A stretch of 62,520 nt of DNA, filler included, from Candidatus Methanoxibalbensis ujae (GCA_026134085.1; 5 parts of 5 records of this genome joined end to end with filler, not necessarily neighbours in it); one strand, 5' to 3'. Positions 50,786 through 60,718 are shown, counted from the whole stretch's first letter. Program-made: numbers and translations. Notes: generated by a model from the letters alone, not told the origin.

Positions 50786-51799
50786 TCATGCTGTGCCCGC
50801 TCTCCACCACTCTGCAGTTCTTCTCAATCCCTCTCTCAATCCCATCTCAGGCTTCCATTTGAGTAGATTTTTTGCTTTATCTATGAGAGGGCATCTCCTC
50901 CTCGGATCGTCCTCAGGCTGTGGATGGAAGCTCATATTGGATTCAGAACCTGTTATTTCAATTATCATTTCAGCAAGCTCCAAAATTGTCGTCTCCTCAG
51001 GATATCCGATGTTGACAACTTCCCCACTCGCACCATCAAACCAGGCGAGGCGCAGCAACCCCTCTATCTGATCTGTCACATAGCAGAAGCTCCTCGTTTG
51101 CTTTCCATCACCGAATATTGTAAGTTGTTCATTTCTCAAAGCCTGATAAATGAAGCGTGGAACAACTCTGCCATACACACCTTCAGCCCTCATTCTCGGT
51201 CCATATGTGTTGAATATTCTTGCAATCCTCACATCAATGTTGTGTTGCCTCTTGTAAGCGATGCAGATGGCTTCGCCAGCCCTCTTTGACTCATCGTAGC
51301 ACCCTCTTACACCGACAGGGTTGACATTTCCGTTGTATGTCTCAGGTGTCGGAACAACTTCAGCACTTCCATATACCTCACTCGTGGATGCGAACAAAAA
51401 CCGCGCTCCATGCCTCTTTGCAATTCCCAGTGCTATCCATGTGCCGAGTGTGTTTGCCTTGAATATCTGTATTGGATAGTCATAAAACTCCAGAGGCGAA
51501 GCTCTGCTCGCCAGATGCATCACAACATCTATGTTCTCATCGAAAAATATGGGCTGAGCAATGTCATGCCTGACAAATCTGAAGTTTTCAGCGTCAAAAA
51601 GGTGTGAAATATTGCTCTCAGTTCCGCTCGCATAGTTGTCAATGCATATCACATTCGCATTTTGCTCAACGAGCACATCACATATATACGAGCCGAGAAA
51701 GCCAGCACCTCCTGTCACAATGACAGTCATGTCCTCAAAGCTTATCTCACCGAGATTTTTGATTATCTGTTTTATGTCCCCCTCTACAATTTCGTCAAT
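50786..51799 (-). CDS. UDP-glucuronate decarboxylase-like NAD-dependent epimerase/dehydratase (SDR)
   Basis: VTGGAGFLGS, HLASRASP, STSEVYG, CYDESKR, RIFNTYGPRM and DDPRRRCP. First ATG is at 51730, but a conserved-looking 23-codon extension runs back to ATT at 51799. Confidence 0.88.
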   Translation of the reverse strand: MDEIVEGDIKQIIKNLGEISFEDMTVIVTGGAGFLGSYICDVLVEQNANVICIDNYASGTESNISHLFDAENFRFVRHDIAQPIFFDENIDVVMHLASRASPLEFYDYPIQIFKANTLGTWIALGIAKRHGARFLFASTSEVYGSAEVVPTPETYNGNVNPVGVRGCYDESKRAGEAICIAYKRQHNIDVRIARIFNTYGPRMRAEGVYGRVVPRFIYQALRNEQLTIFGDGKQTRSFCYVTDQIEGLLRLAWFDGASGEVVNIGYPEETTILELAEMIIEITGSESNMSFHPQPEDDPRRRCPLIDKAKNLLKWKPEMGLREGLRRTAEWWRAGTA

Positions 51800-52686
51800 T
51801 ATCTCTTCATCACCTCCTCTATGAATTCTCTGATGCCATCACCGAGTTCCTCATCCTCAACCGCAAGCTCAATGTTCGCCTTCAGCCAGTCCATTTTATT
51901 ACCTATGTCAAATCTTCTGCCTCTGAACACATATGCATGCATCCTCTCCCTTGTGTTGAGTATTCTCATCGCATCTGTCAGCTGGATCTCGTTCTTTCTT
52001 CCCGGTTTTGTATTTCTGATGCACTCAAATATCTCCGGATTGAGTATATATCTGCCAAGAATGGCGAGATTAGAAGGTGCTTCTTCCACAGAAGGCTTCT
52101 CAACGAGGTCATCTATCAGATGAACACCCTCATCAAGCTCCCTAACCTTCACAATGCCATACATGCTCACCTTATCCGCGGGAACTTCCTCAACAGCCAC
52201 AATTGATGTCTTGTATTTCTGATGGATATCTATGAGTTCTCTTGTGCATGGAGGCAATGTTATCGTGTCCCCGAGAAGCAATGCGAAAGGCTCCTCATCA
52301 ACAAAGGATTCACCGTATCTGACAGCATCACCCAGGCCCCTCTGCTCCTTCTGCCTCACAAAAAATATGTTGACTTCATCCAAAATCCTGTCGAGCTCCT
52401 CACTGTATTTCTCAGCCTTTGAATGCACTGAACGGTCAAAATGGTCCTCAATCGCCCGCTTTCCCCTGCCTGTGATTATCAGAATATCCCTTATGCCTGA
52501 ATAATATGCCTCCTCAACAACATACTGTATGACTGGCTTGTGCACAACAGGCACCATCTCCTTAGGCTGCGCCCTTGTGATGGGCAGCATCCTCGTCCCC
52601 ATACCAGCAGCAGGTATTATCGCTTTCCTCACCCTCATCAAATTCACCCTGCATGTTTTTGTTTTTTTGTTACCTTTTGCTACCAC
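51799..52686 (-). CDS. galU: UTP-glucose-1-phosphate uridylyltransferase
   Basis: KAIIPAAGMGTRMLP.T…PKEM, GLGDAV, LVEKP and EIQLTDA. Start at 52686 or 52638. Confidence 0.93.
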   Translation of the reverse strand: MVAKGNKKTKTCRVNLMRVRKAIIPAAGMGTRMLPITRAQPKEMVPVVHKPVIQYVVEEAYYSGIRDILIITGRGKRAIEDHFDRSVHSKAEKYSEELDRILDEVNIFFVRQKEQRGLGDAVRYGESFVDEEPFALLLGDTITLPPCTRELIDIHQKYKTSIVAVEEVPADKVSMYGIVKVRELDEGVHLIDDLVEKPSVEEAPSNLAILGRYILNPEIFECIRNTKPGRKNEIQLTDAMRILNTRERMHAYVFRGRRFDIGNKMDWLKANIELAVEDEELGDGIREFIEEVMKR

Positions 52687-53544
52687 CTATTCCCTCACGC
52701 CGTATTTCCTCTTCATCTCCTCGTTTATCTCATCAACCGCTTTCAACAGCTTGACCTCCCTGTATCTCTCAGCAAATGATATAAATGCCTTCAGGTCCTT
52801 GGGAAGACATTTACCGCCAAAAGCCATCCCGTGTATCGTTCCGTATCTGCCTATTCTCGGGTCAAGTGCAACGATGTCCGCAACCTTCTGCGAGTCCACA
52901 CCTATTTCCCTACATATCATGAATATCTCGTTCCAATAGGATATTTTCGTCGCGAGCATACAGTTTGATGCATATTTTATCATCTCTGCCGTCTTCAGAT
53001 CAGTTCTGAATATTGGCTTTTTAAGCGGTTTGTATATATCTTCAAGCGTATCTCCCGATTTACTGTCGTATTCTCCTATGACTATTCTGTCCTCTGTGAA
53101 GAAGTCCTTCTTGTAGCTTTCATTATCCGTCCAGGAATGCTCTATCTCTGTCAGAAATTCGGGATTCATGCAGACACCGAATTCCCCAGCTTTTTTACCT
53201 GAGAACTTCTCAATTATGGGAATCACCACATTCTCTGTTGTGCCGGGAACGACTGTGCTCTTCACAGCAACCACATGATAGTCCTCCTTCTCCGAAAGCA
53301 CTCTCCCTATGTTTTTTGAAACCTCTTCAACATAGCTCAGGTCGATCCCCCTCTCGTCCGTGGGTGTTGGAACACATATAAACGATACATCAGTGTTCTT
53401 CACAGCATAACCTATGTCCTTCGTGAAATTGGGCAGGTCCTTATCCACAATATCATGAAAAATCACTTCATGTCCTATTTCAATGAAACCACGTCCGACA
53501 GCAGTGCCGACCCATCCAGCGCCTATTATGCTTATTCTCGCCAT
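52687..53544 (-). CDS. UDP-glucose/GDP-mannose dehydrogenase family, short form
   Basis: GAGWVG, ICVPTP, KSTVVPGT, NPEFL, AEMIKYASN and FGGKCLPKD. Confidence 0.88.
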   Translation of the reverse strand: MARISIIGAGWVGTAVGRGFIEIGHEVIFHDIVDKDLPNFTKDIGYAVKNTDVSFICVPTPTDERGIDLSYVEEVSKNIGRVLSEKEDYHVVAVKSTVVPGTTENVVIPIIEKFSGKKAGEFGVCMNPEFLTEIEHSWTDNESYKKDFFTEDRIVIGEYDSKSGDTLEDIYKPLKKPIFRTDLKTAEMIKYASNCMLATKISYWNEIFMICREIGVDSQKVADIVALDPRIGRYGTIHGMAFGGKCLPKDLKAFISFAERYREVKLLKAVDEINEEMKRKYGVRE

Positions 53545-53768
53545 CTCGCATTATTTATTGAAATAAATTTAAATAATCGGATGATTGACCGAAAACGAAA
53601 GAAATGAGAGTAGAATGAAATGAGGGTTGTTGTGGTGTGGTGGGTGGTGCGGGCGGGCCCAGTTTGCTCAAGATGAAAGAGAGAGAACGGCAGGACGGTG
53701 AGGAGGAAGTCAGCGGAGGGGCGGAGCGCAATACGAGCAACTGAGGAACAGTGAACTGAAGAACAGTT

Positions 53769-54623
53769 ATGAGCAAAAAGAAAGAGAAGAAAAATAGAAG
53801 TGAAATGAAGGAGGTGTATGGGGTCATAGGTGACCCGGTGGAGCACAGTCTGTCTCCTGTGATGCACAATGCTGCGTTTGAAGCGCTCAACATGGATGCC
53901 ATATATCTCGCGTTCAGGGTCCCTCCTGAATACACGAGAGATGCGATAAGAGGAGCCTGGAGTCTCGGATTCAGTGGTCTGAATGTGACGATTCCGTTGA
54001 AGGAGATTGCGCTGTCTTATGTCAGTGCTGACGAAATTGCGAGGAAAATAGGTGCGATTAACACGATAAGTTTCAAAAAAGGCGTTCCCTTTGGTCACAA
54101 CACAGATGGTATCGCCGCTCTCAAAGTGCTTGAGGAAGCTGTCGGAGATATAAGAGAGAAGCATGTGCTGATATTGGGCGCTGGTGGTGCTGCAAAGGCT
54201 ATCGCATTTTACCTCGCGAGTGCAGGCGCATTCGTGAAGATCGCAAACAGAACTGCTGAGAGGGCTGCTGAAATCGCATCAAAACTCAACGCATCTTGGA
54301 CAGATCTTGAAAACCTGAAGGAGCACATAAAAGATGCCGAAATACTGATAAATGCAACTTCCGTCGGCATGTATCCATATGTGGAAAACACACTTGTCAC
54401 AGCAGAAATGATGCATCATGATCTCATCGTCTTTGACATCGTGTATAATCCAGTGGAGACGAGATTACTCAGAGAGGCGAAGAAGGCAGATGTGAAAATG
54501 ACAATAGATGGCGTTAAAATGCTTGTTTATCAGGGAGCTGCCGCGTTTGAGATATGGACAGGCGTTGAACCGCCTAAGGATGTTATGGAGCGTGCTGTCA
54601 GAAATGCACTCTCTGATCTCTAA
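53769..54623 (+). CDS. aroE: Shikimate dehydrogenase
   Basis: HSLSP.MHN, NVTIPLK, GAINT, NTD, GAGGAA, DIVYNP and MLVYQG. Start may be 53805. Confidence 0.95.
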   Translation: MSKKKEKKNRSEMKEVYGVIGDPVEHSLSPVMHNAAFEALNMDAIYLAFRVPPEYTRDAIRGAWSLGFSGLNVTIPLKEIALSYVSADEIARKIGAINTISFKKGVPFGHNTDGIAALKVLEEAVGDIREKHVLILGAGGAAKAIAFYLASAGAFVKIANRTAERAAEIASKLNASWTDLENLKEHIKDAEILINATSVGMYPYVENTLVTAEMMHHDLIVFDIVYNPVETRLLREAKKADVKMTIDGVKMLVYQGAAAFEIWTGVEPPKDVMERAVRNALSDL

Positions 54624-54683
54624 GCGGCTCTTGGCGTGTGTGATTGATCTTGGCGATTGATCTGATTGATCTTGACTTGACAT

Positions 54684-55487
54684 CTATACAATCATATATT
54701 TCACGACATCGTAAATTGTTGAGACCTCTTTCACATCCATTTTTCCTTTCATATATTCTTTGAGGTCTATTCTCCGCGGCTCGTAATACACATTGATGAA
54801 TGTGAATGGACCGATATGCCTTTCAACTTCTTTTCGCTCCCAGAACACGACTTCGCTCTGACCATCGGGAACGAGAAACAATGACATTCCGTTCCGTTCG
54901 GCGGCAAGCGCTTTTTCATAGACCGCGCCGATGCGTCCGATACTGCCATCTCTCTCAATTGTGCCTGTGATTGCGACATCTTCACGCACTTTTCTGCCAT
55001 CAAGCGCGGCAATTGTCGCAGCGGTTATTGCAGCACCTGCCGAAGGACCTCCTATGAGTGTTCCGTTTATATCAAAAGAGATTATAAAATCATATGAACT
55101 CATATCAGAATGCGTGTAACTGGCAGCAACTTCGACAGCTGTCCGCGCGGATTCTTGTGTATCTGGCTCAATGAATGGGTTAGTGCTGACAAGAACCCTG
55201 CCACTTCCCTCTTTGACCTCAACCCTGACCTTGCCCAGGACCCCTTTCCCCGTGTCGCTTCTCACAGCCACTATGTTAGCGGTTGCGATATGCTCCGCAC
55301 TGATATGGGGTTGTGTGCCTGTGCCTGTGCCTGTTGTTGAGGTATGTTGAAGCTGAGAGGAATCAGCGTTTGATGCGAGCAGATGCTTTATTATGCACTG
55401 CTGATAATGATAAGTGATGAAGGAAGATGCAACTGTCAGTATGAGAAGGATGCTCAACACAGATATCGCAATGTCCCTCTTGTCCAT
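54684..55487 (-). CDS. Membrane-anchored S16 (Lon C-terminal) serine protease
   Basis: N-terminal TM; GGPSAGAA, ITGTI..DG.IG.IG and EKALAA (Ser-Lys dyad). Start MDKRD at 55487. Confidence 0.88.
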   Translation of the reverse strand: MDKRDIAISVLSILLILTVASSFITYHYQQCIIKHLLASNADSSQLQHTSTTGTGTGTQPHISAEHIATANIVAVRSDTGKGVLGKVRVEVKEGSGRVLVSTNPFIEPDTQESARTAVEVAASYTHSDMSSYDFIISFDINGTLIGGPSAGAAITAATIAALDGRKVREDVAITGTIERDGSIGRIGAVYEKALAAERNGMSLFLVPDGQSEVVFWERKEVERHIGPFTFINVYYEPRRIDLKEYMKGKMDVKEVSTIYDVVKYMIV

Positions 55488-55590
55488 ATATAATGAGATG
55501 GTGCACTTTATTATTAAAAGGTTTGGGACCCAAATTGGGAGCAAATCAGGCGCATAGCATATATAAATATGTGTCAAAAACGGTTTTGCG

Positions 55591-56859
55591 ATGCCAGCGG
55601 GAATTTCCATAGATGATATGTTGAAGGGGCGAGAGCGTCATATGCTGGAGTGTTTGCGTGAGCTCGTGAGCATTCCGACATATGTGCCGCCAGGTGAGAA
55701 CTACGGAAAGATTGTTGACATTCTGGTTGAAAAATTTGAAAATCTTGGATTCAATGCGAGGCGTGTTGACATTCCTGAGGAGATATACGAGGAAAAGCAG
55801 AAGCAGGACAGCCTTTCAGGCGAGCGGGCTAACCTGATAGCAACAAAACATCACGGCGCGAAGGAGGGTCTGACAATATACACGCATCTTGATGTTGTCC
55901 CAGCAGGTGAGGGATGGGAGACGCCTCCCTTTGATGTTGTAGTGCGAGGCGACCGAATATACGGCAGGGGAACGGCGGATGCGAAAGGAGGAGTTGCAGC
56001 GCTCCTCACCGCGCTTGATGTCATAAATGAGGAATGTCTGGAGTGCAGGTATGATCTGTGTGTTGCGCTCACAACAGATGAGGAGATCGGTCCTTATTCG
56101 GGATTGTGCTACTTTGCGGATGAAGGTCTGCTTGAAGGTGAGTATATGCTGTGCATGGACGGAGAGAACGACGGCGTCTGCATCGCGACTAACGGCATAC
56201 TTACATGGGAAGCCACTGTTTTCGGAAGGTCGTGCCACAGCTCCCTTCCTTATCTCGGGGAAAACGCTATAGATAAAGCAGTTGTCCTCTACGAGCTCTT
56301 AAAAGAGCTGAAGAAGCGGGTTGAGAGCAGAGAATCCAGCGTGAAATGCATGCCTGAGATTGCAGCTCTCACAGGATGCGAGCATGTCAAGCCTGTGCTG
56401 AACATAACAATGATTCATGGCGGCGTGAAAGAAAACATAATACCGCCGAGCTGCACACTCCGCGGCGACAGGAGATACACGCCCGAAGAAGACATAAGGG
56501 ATGTCATGAATGAGTTTGAGGAGATATTCAAATCCGCAGAGGAAGAAGGCATCAGATTGGAATGGAAAGTGAAGCACGGATATCCTCCCCTGTTCACAGA
56601 TCCTTCCTCAGAATGGGTTTCTCGTGTCAGGCAGGCTGCTTCCGCAGCGTTCGGCGTTGAGAAAGATGCATGTGGTGTCCATGGCAGCCTTGATGTCGGA
56701 TATGCAGTTGAGCGAACAGGGCAGCATGCATGTGTGTTCGGCGTCGGAGATGCGGTTGATAGCAATGCTCACGGAGCCAACGAGAACATAAAGCGTGATG
56801 ACCTCTTCAAATACACAAAGTTTCTCATATTACTTCTGACAGATTATGGTGAGGATTAA
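55591..56859 (+). CDS. M20 family metallohydrolase (ArgE/DapE-like)
   Basis: HLDVVP, YGRGTADAKG, DEEIG, HSS and AHGANE. Confidence 0.92.
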   Translation: MPAGISIDDMLKGRERHMLECLRELVSIPTYVPPGENYGKIVDILVEKFENLGFNARRVDIPEEIYEEKQKQDSLSGERANLIATKHHGAKEGLTIYTHLDVVPAGEGWETPPFDVVVRGDRIYGRGTADAKGGVAALLTALDVINEECLECRYDLCVALTTDEEIGPYSGLCYFADEGLLEGEYMLCMDGENDGVCIATNGILTWEATVFGRSCHSSLPYLGENAIDKAVVLYELLKELKKRVESRESSVKCMPEIAALTGCEHVKPVLNITMIHGGVKENIIPPSCTLRGDRRYTPEEDIRDVMNEFEEIFKSAEEEGIRLEWKVKHGYPPLFTDPSSEWVSRVRQAASAAFGVEKDACGVHGSLDVGYAVERTGQHACVFGVGDAVDSNAHGANENIKRDDLFKYTKFLILLLTDYGED

Positions 56860-56919
56860 ATTCTGCTCTGTGCAGTTTGCATTTTGGACATGAGCAACCT
56901 TGACATTGATATGTCTGAT

Positions 56920-57021
56920 TTATGTGTGTCCTCTTGGAGCTATATTCAGCGAAGCAATCCCATCCGCGTTGCAGTCCAAACTGCATAATCTTTCTCCCGA
57001 CTCCTCCACCCCCGCACATGC
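56920..57021 (-). mobile_element. TnpB (IS200/IS605) C-terminal relic at contig end
   Basis: …LCSLDCNADGIASLNIAPRG resembles the zinc-finger/RuvC-III end motif C…(N)AD.(N)AS.NIA.RG. Confidence 0.55.
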
Positions 57022-57121
57022 NNNNNNNNNNNNNNNNNNNNNNNNNNNNNNNNNNNNNNNNNNNNTTAATTAATTAANNNNNNNNNNNNNNNNNNNNNNN
57101 NNNNNNNNNNNNNNNNNNNNN
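57022..57121. other. Artificial contig linker
   Basis: Same spacer. Confidence 0.97.
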
Positions 57122-57124
57122 GGC

Positions 57125-57832
57125 ATGAGGAAAATAAAAGCGGTGTTATTTGACCTTGATGGAGTTCTTGTGGACTCTTTTCATGCGTGGATGCTCGCGT
57201 TCAATGCTATGCTCCGAAAGTTCGGTCGCAACGAGTTGAGCGAGGAGGAGTTCAGGGAGCGATGCTGGGGACCTGATCTCAAGGAGAATCTTGCAGAGTT
57301 CGGGTTGGATGATGATGCCGGCGAATATTGTATGAATGTGCAGAAGGATCTGATCGACCACATAAAGTTATTTCCGGATGCGAGAGATGTGCTTCACAGA
57401 TTGAAGGAATGCAACATTAAAACGGGACTTGTCACGAATACGCCGCGAGAGAACACGCTCCTCATCATAAATCAATTCAATCTGAGGTTTGACGCTGTTG
57501 TGACAAGGGACGATGTGCGTGTCGGCAAGCCGAATGCTGAGATGATCTTAAAATGCTGCGAGATGCTTGGCGTTTATCCGAAGGATGCGATGTTTGTCGG
57601 AGACACAGAGAGCGACTTCATAGCGGGAAGGAACGCAGGATGCATCACAGTCGGCATAAATGCAAATGGCGCGGACATCACCATACAAAGGCTGCATGAG
57701 ATCATAATTATATGCTGCCCCTCACAATCCCAATCCCAATCACAATCACAATCCCAATCCCAATCTCACAATTTCACAGTTTTACAATCTCATCACTCAA
57801 TACAGAGCTCACAATCGCAAGAGCAGCATTGA
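57125..57832 (+). CDS. HAD-family hydrolase (phosphoglycolate-phosphatase-like) with repeat-derived SQ tail
   Basis: FDLDGVL, VTN, KP and VGDTESD. Confidence 0.9.
   Translation: MRKIKAVLFDLDGVLVDSFHAWMLAFNAMLRKFGRNELSEEEFRERCWGPDLKENLAEFGLDDDAGEYCMNVQKDLIDHIKLFPDARDVLHRLKECNIKTGLVTNTPRENTLLIINQFNLRFDAVVTRDDVRVGKPNAEMILKCCEMLGVYPKDAMFVGDTESDFIAGRNAGCITVGINANGADITIQRLHEIIIICCPSQSQSQSQSQSQSQSHNFTVLQSHHSIQSSQSQEQH
57722..57763. repeat. 6-bp tandem repeat TCMCAA x7 encoding (SQ)7
   Basis: Read directly. Confidence 0.9.
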
Positions 57833-57887
57833 GGCATTAAGAAAAGCAGGCAGGAGCGAGGGATGAGTTGAAGGAGGCGAATCCGCA

Positions 57888-58982
57888 ATGCTTGTGAGGG
57901 CTTTTGCACCTGCGAAGCTCATACTGTTCGGGGAGCATTTTGTTGTGTATGGTGCGGATGCGCTTGCCGCTGCGATAGACAGATATGTGACGGTGGAGGT
58001 CTCCGACTACGAAAAAGGTGCTCTTGCGATAGTGTCGGAGGACATCCCCCTTCTCGGTGTTGAACTGGAAGTGAGAGGCAACAGGATAAGTGCGTCTTAT
58101 GAGGCTGAAGAAAGTCTGATTTATGTCAGAAAAGTGCTTGAGCACCTCACAGGGAAATATGATATTCCGGAGAGCGGATTCAGGATAAGAATAAAATCAG
58201 ATGTGCCGATATCTGCTGGACTCGGCTCATCTGCTGCAACATGTGTGGCGACAATTGCTGCGCTTAAGGCATATTTCGGCATTGAATCCGATACTGATGA
58301 AACACGAAAAGATGCCCGTGAGGTTGAGCGTGCGGTGCAGGGTGCTGCATCACCCATAGACACAGCGGTATCCTCCTATGGAGGGTTCATTCATGTGAGC
58401 GGAGAGGATGTTTTGAGAATTCGCAGCGACAGTGATTGCAGCGGCACAGGAGATGAGATTGGAGGGAAAGGAGGAAAAGAAAAGAGGAAGGAGGAAAGAC
58501 GAGATGAGGAGGAAATAAGCATGATGATCGCTATCAGCCACGCATTCCGGGCATCTGCGCTGCAATTGAAGACCAAGAACATCATTGAGAGAGTCAGGGA
58601 AAGAAAGGAGAGATTTCCCTCCGTTTTCTCATATCTGCTGAACGCAGCCTCCGAGATAACGAGAGCTGGCGTTGAAGCGCTGAGAGAGAATGATATTAAA
58701 ACGCTTGGAACGCTTTTTTTCATAAATCACGGGTTGCTTGAGTCAATAGGAGTTGTCACGAAGAATCTGAGTGCTTTCGTGAGTGCTGCCAGGCGAGCTG
58801 GTGCAACAGGTGCAAAGGTGACAGGCGCTGGCGGTTTGGATGAGATGGATGTTGGCTCTGTTCTTGTGCTTTCTCCCGCTGAGAAAAGAGCGTGCATAGA
58901 AGGTGCGCTTATTGCTGAAGGTGCGGAAGTGATGCATGTGAGAGCTGGCGTTTCAGGGTTGCGTGTGGAGGTGGAGGAATAG
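57888..58982 (+). CDS. mvk: Mevalonate kinase
   Basis: APAKLILFGEHFVVYG, PISAGLGSSAA, SPIDT…GG and AKVTGAGG. Confidence 0.92.
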   Translation: MLVRAFAPAKLILFGEHFVVYGADALAAAIDRYVTVEVSDYEKGALAIVSEDIPLLGVELEVRGNRISASYEAEESLIYVRKVLEHLTGKYDIPESGFRIRIKSDVPISAGLGSSAATCVATIAALKAYFGIESDTDETRKDAREVERAVQGAASPIDTAVSSYGGFIHVSGEDVLRIRSDSDCSGTGDEIGGKGGKEKRKEERRDEEEISMMIAISHAFRASALQLKTKNIIERVRERKERFPSVFSYLLNAASEITRAGVEALRENDIKTLGTLFFINHGLLESIGVVTKNLSAFVSAARRAGATGAKVTGAGGLDEMDVGSVLVLSPAEKRACIEGALIAEGAEVMHVRAGVSGLRVEVEE

Positions 58983-58985
58983 CAG

Positions 58986-60203
58986 CTATACGCCTGATGC
59001 GATTGTTGCGATGCCGACGGCGCCTGCGAACTGTGAGTGATGGGGCACAATGATCTCGGAGCCAATGATTTCCTCAAATTCTTTTTTAACGCCTTTGACG
59101 AGAGATACGCCTCCCACGAATATGACAGGTGGTTTTATTGTCATCTCGCGCATCTGGTTCTCATATACCTGCTCAGCAACGCTCCTGCATGCTGCAGCTG
59201 CCACATCCTCACGGCGTATTCCGCTTGCAAGAGCAACCACAAGGCTCTGAATGCCGAAAACCATGCAGTAACTCTGGAGCTCAAATTTCTGCGTTGAGCG
59301 GAGTGCGAGCTCACCGAGCCCCTCAACATCAACATCAAGACGGTGGGATACAACCTCAAGAAATCTTCCGGAGGAGCCTCCACATATTCCGCCGAGGCTG
59401 AATGAGTTCACTATGCCATCTCGCATGAGCAGGAGTTTATTGCTCATGCCTCCTATGTCAATGACAGTTGCATTTCCTCTGTGCGCATCTGCGAGCACTG
59501 CTGCTCCCTTCGCGACAATGCTCACCTCCTCTATATTCAAATCTGCACGAATTGCATCCGCAATTATGTCTCTGCCGTATCCTGTAACGCCTATCGCATC
59601 TATCTCCGATCTCTTCATACAGGCATCTGAAAGCGCTGATTCAAGTGCTTTTTCAGCGCTCTCCAATGGATCTGTCGTCGGCAGCCACACTGATGACGCA
59701 ATTTCATTCTCATGCATCACCACAACCTTTGTCATTGAGGAGCCTGAGTCAATGCCCACTGTCGTGCCTTCCTGACGCTGCCTCATCAGAAGGGATTTTT
59801 TCGTTATTATCGTGCTGAGAGCATCAAACCTCGCAAATATCTCAGCTTCCTTCGGCTTCTCAACATTTGAGTATGTGATTATCGGTATTTCCCCACGATG
59901 CTCCTGCATGTATCTCCTCACAAGATCACGCACAATCGCGCCCTCAGAACATTTGAAGCATGTGAGAAGTATCGCTCCTTTTATCGTTGGGTCCTTCATC
60001 GCAGATACCGCTTTCGCTATCATCATGTTCAACGACGGGCTCCTGGCCCTGAATCCCACCTCCTCGCACGCCGCATCTATCTCCTCAAGCGTCATCTCGG
60101 GATACAGAAGCTCAATCCCAGCACGCTCAGCCATCTCTTTCAATACAGGCTGAACGCCACTGTATTCAGTTCCACAGGATATCTGCGCAACTTTTGCCCT
60201 CAT
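58986..60203 (-). CDS. Methanogenesis marker protein 15 (CoA-substrate activase-like ASKHA ATPase)
   Basis: AQISCGTEYSGVQ, TCFKCSEGA, GIDSGS, GVTGYGR, DIGG, GGICGGSSGRFLE and YCMVFG. Confidence 0.92.
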   Translation of the reverse strand: MRAKVAQISCGTEYSGVQPVLKEMAERAGIELLYPEMTLEEIDAACEEVGFRARSPSLNMMIAKAVSAMKDPTIKGAILLTCFKCSEGAIVRDLVRRYMQEHRGEIPIITYSNVEKPKEAEIFARFDALSTIITKKSLLMRQRQEGTTVGIDSGSSMTKVVVMHENEIASSVWLPTTDPLESAEKALESALSDACMKRSEIDAIGVTGYGRDIIADAIRADLNIEEVSIVAKGAAVLADAHRGNATVIDIGGMSNKLLLMRDGIVNSFSLGGICGGSSGRFLEVVSHRLDVDVEGLGELALRSTQKFELQSYCMVFGIQSLVVALASGIRREDVAAAACRSVAEQVYENQMREMTIKPPVIFVGGVSLVKGVKKEFEEIIGSEIIVPHHSQFAGAVGIATIASGV

Positions 60204-60271
60204 CCAAATCACTTCCCATAACACGCTCACCCTCTTTCCAGCATCACTATATCCCATCGCATCGCCCTATC

Positions 60272-60718
60272 CTATCGCCGTTCATAGGCATGCAGTCTTT
60301 CAAGGAACTCCTTTATCCTCATGACAACCTCTTCCATCCTGTCTCCGCCCTCATAGCGCACCTCAAGCGTTGGAATTTTCTTATTCCGTATGAGATATTT
60401 GAAGAGTTCGTCTGCAACTGCACAGCCCATGCATCCGTATGTCGGCGGTGCATCCGTCATGATGATGGAGGCTTCCGCCTCCTCGAGCAACGGTGCGAGC
60501 AGGCCTATTCTCCCCTTCAGACCAGCAGGCTCCTCAACCGACACATACTTCAGAGAACGCTTTATGTCCGCCTCAGTCACATTCAGAGGAGGCGCATCTA
60601 TCTCAGGATCCCTCACATGCTCTCCTATCTCACGCATAAGCACAACAGGCTCATGACCGAAACGCTCAACCAGATCCGCAAGTATGAGACTGTTCGGTGG
60701 ATACACCAGCACCTTCAT
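60272..60718 (-). CDS. Methanogenesis marker protein 5 (DUF2112)
   Basis: YPPNSLILADLVERFGHEP, PPLNVT, EPAGLKGR and GCMGC. Confidence 0.93.
   Translation of the reverse strand: MKVLVYPPNSLILADLVERFGHEPVVLMREIGEHVRDPEIDAPPLNVTEADIKRSLKYVSVEEPAGLKGRIGLLAPLLEEAEASIIMTDAPPTYGCMGCAVADELFKYLIRNKKIPTLEVRYEGGDRMEEVVMRIKEFLERLHAYERR

Noticed and set aside
53640..53765. GC/purine-rich spacer with GAGGAAGTC and a CAGTTTGCTC/GAGCAACTG inverted repeat, suggesting RNase P RNA
   Set aside because: Too short and lacks the other conserved RNase P regions; matches the genome's purine-rich spacer style
53532..54164. 210-aa minus-strand ORF and the many other short antisense ORFs in the track
   Set aside because: Shadow ORFs of well-supported genes (here aroE) with no recognisable motifs
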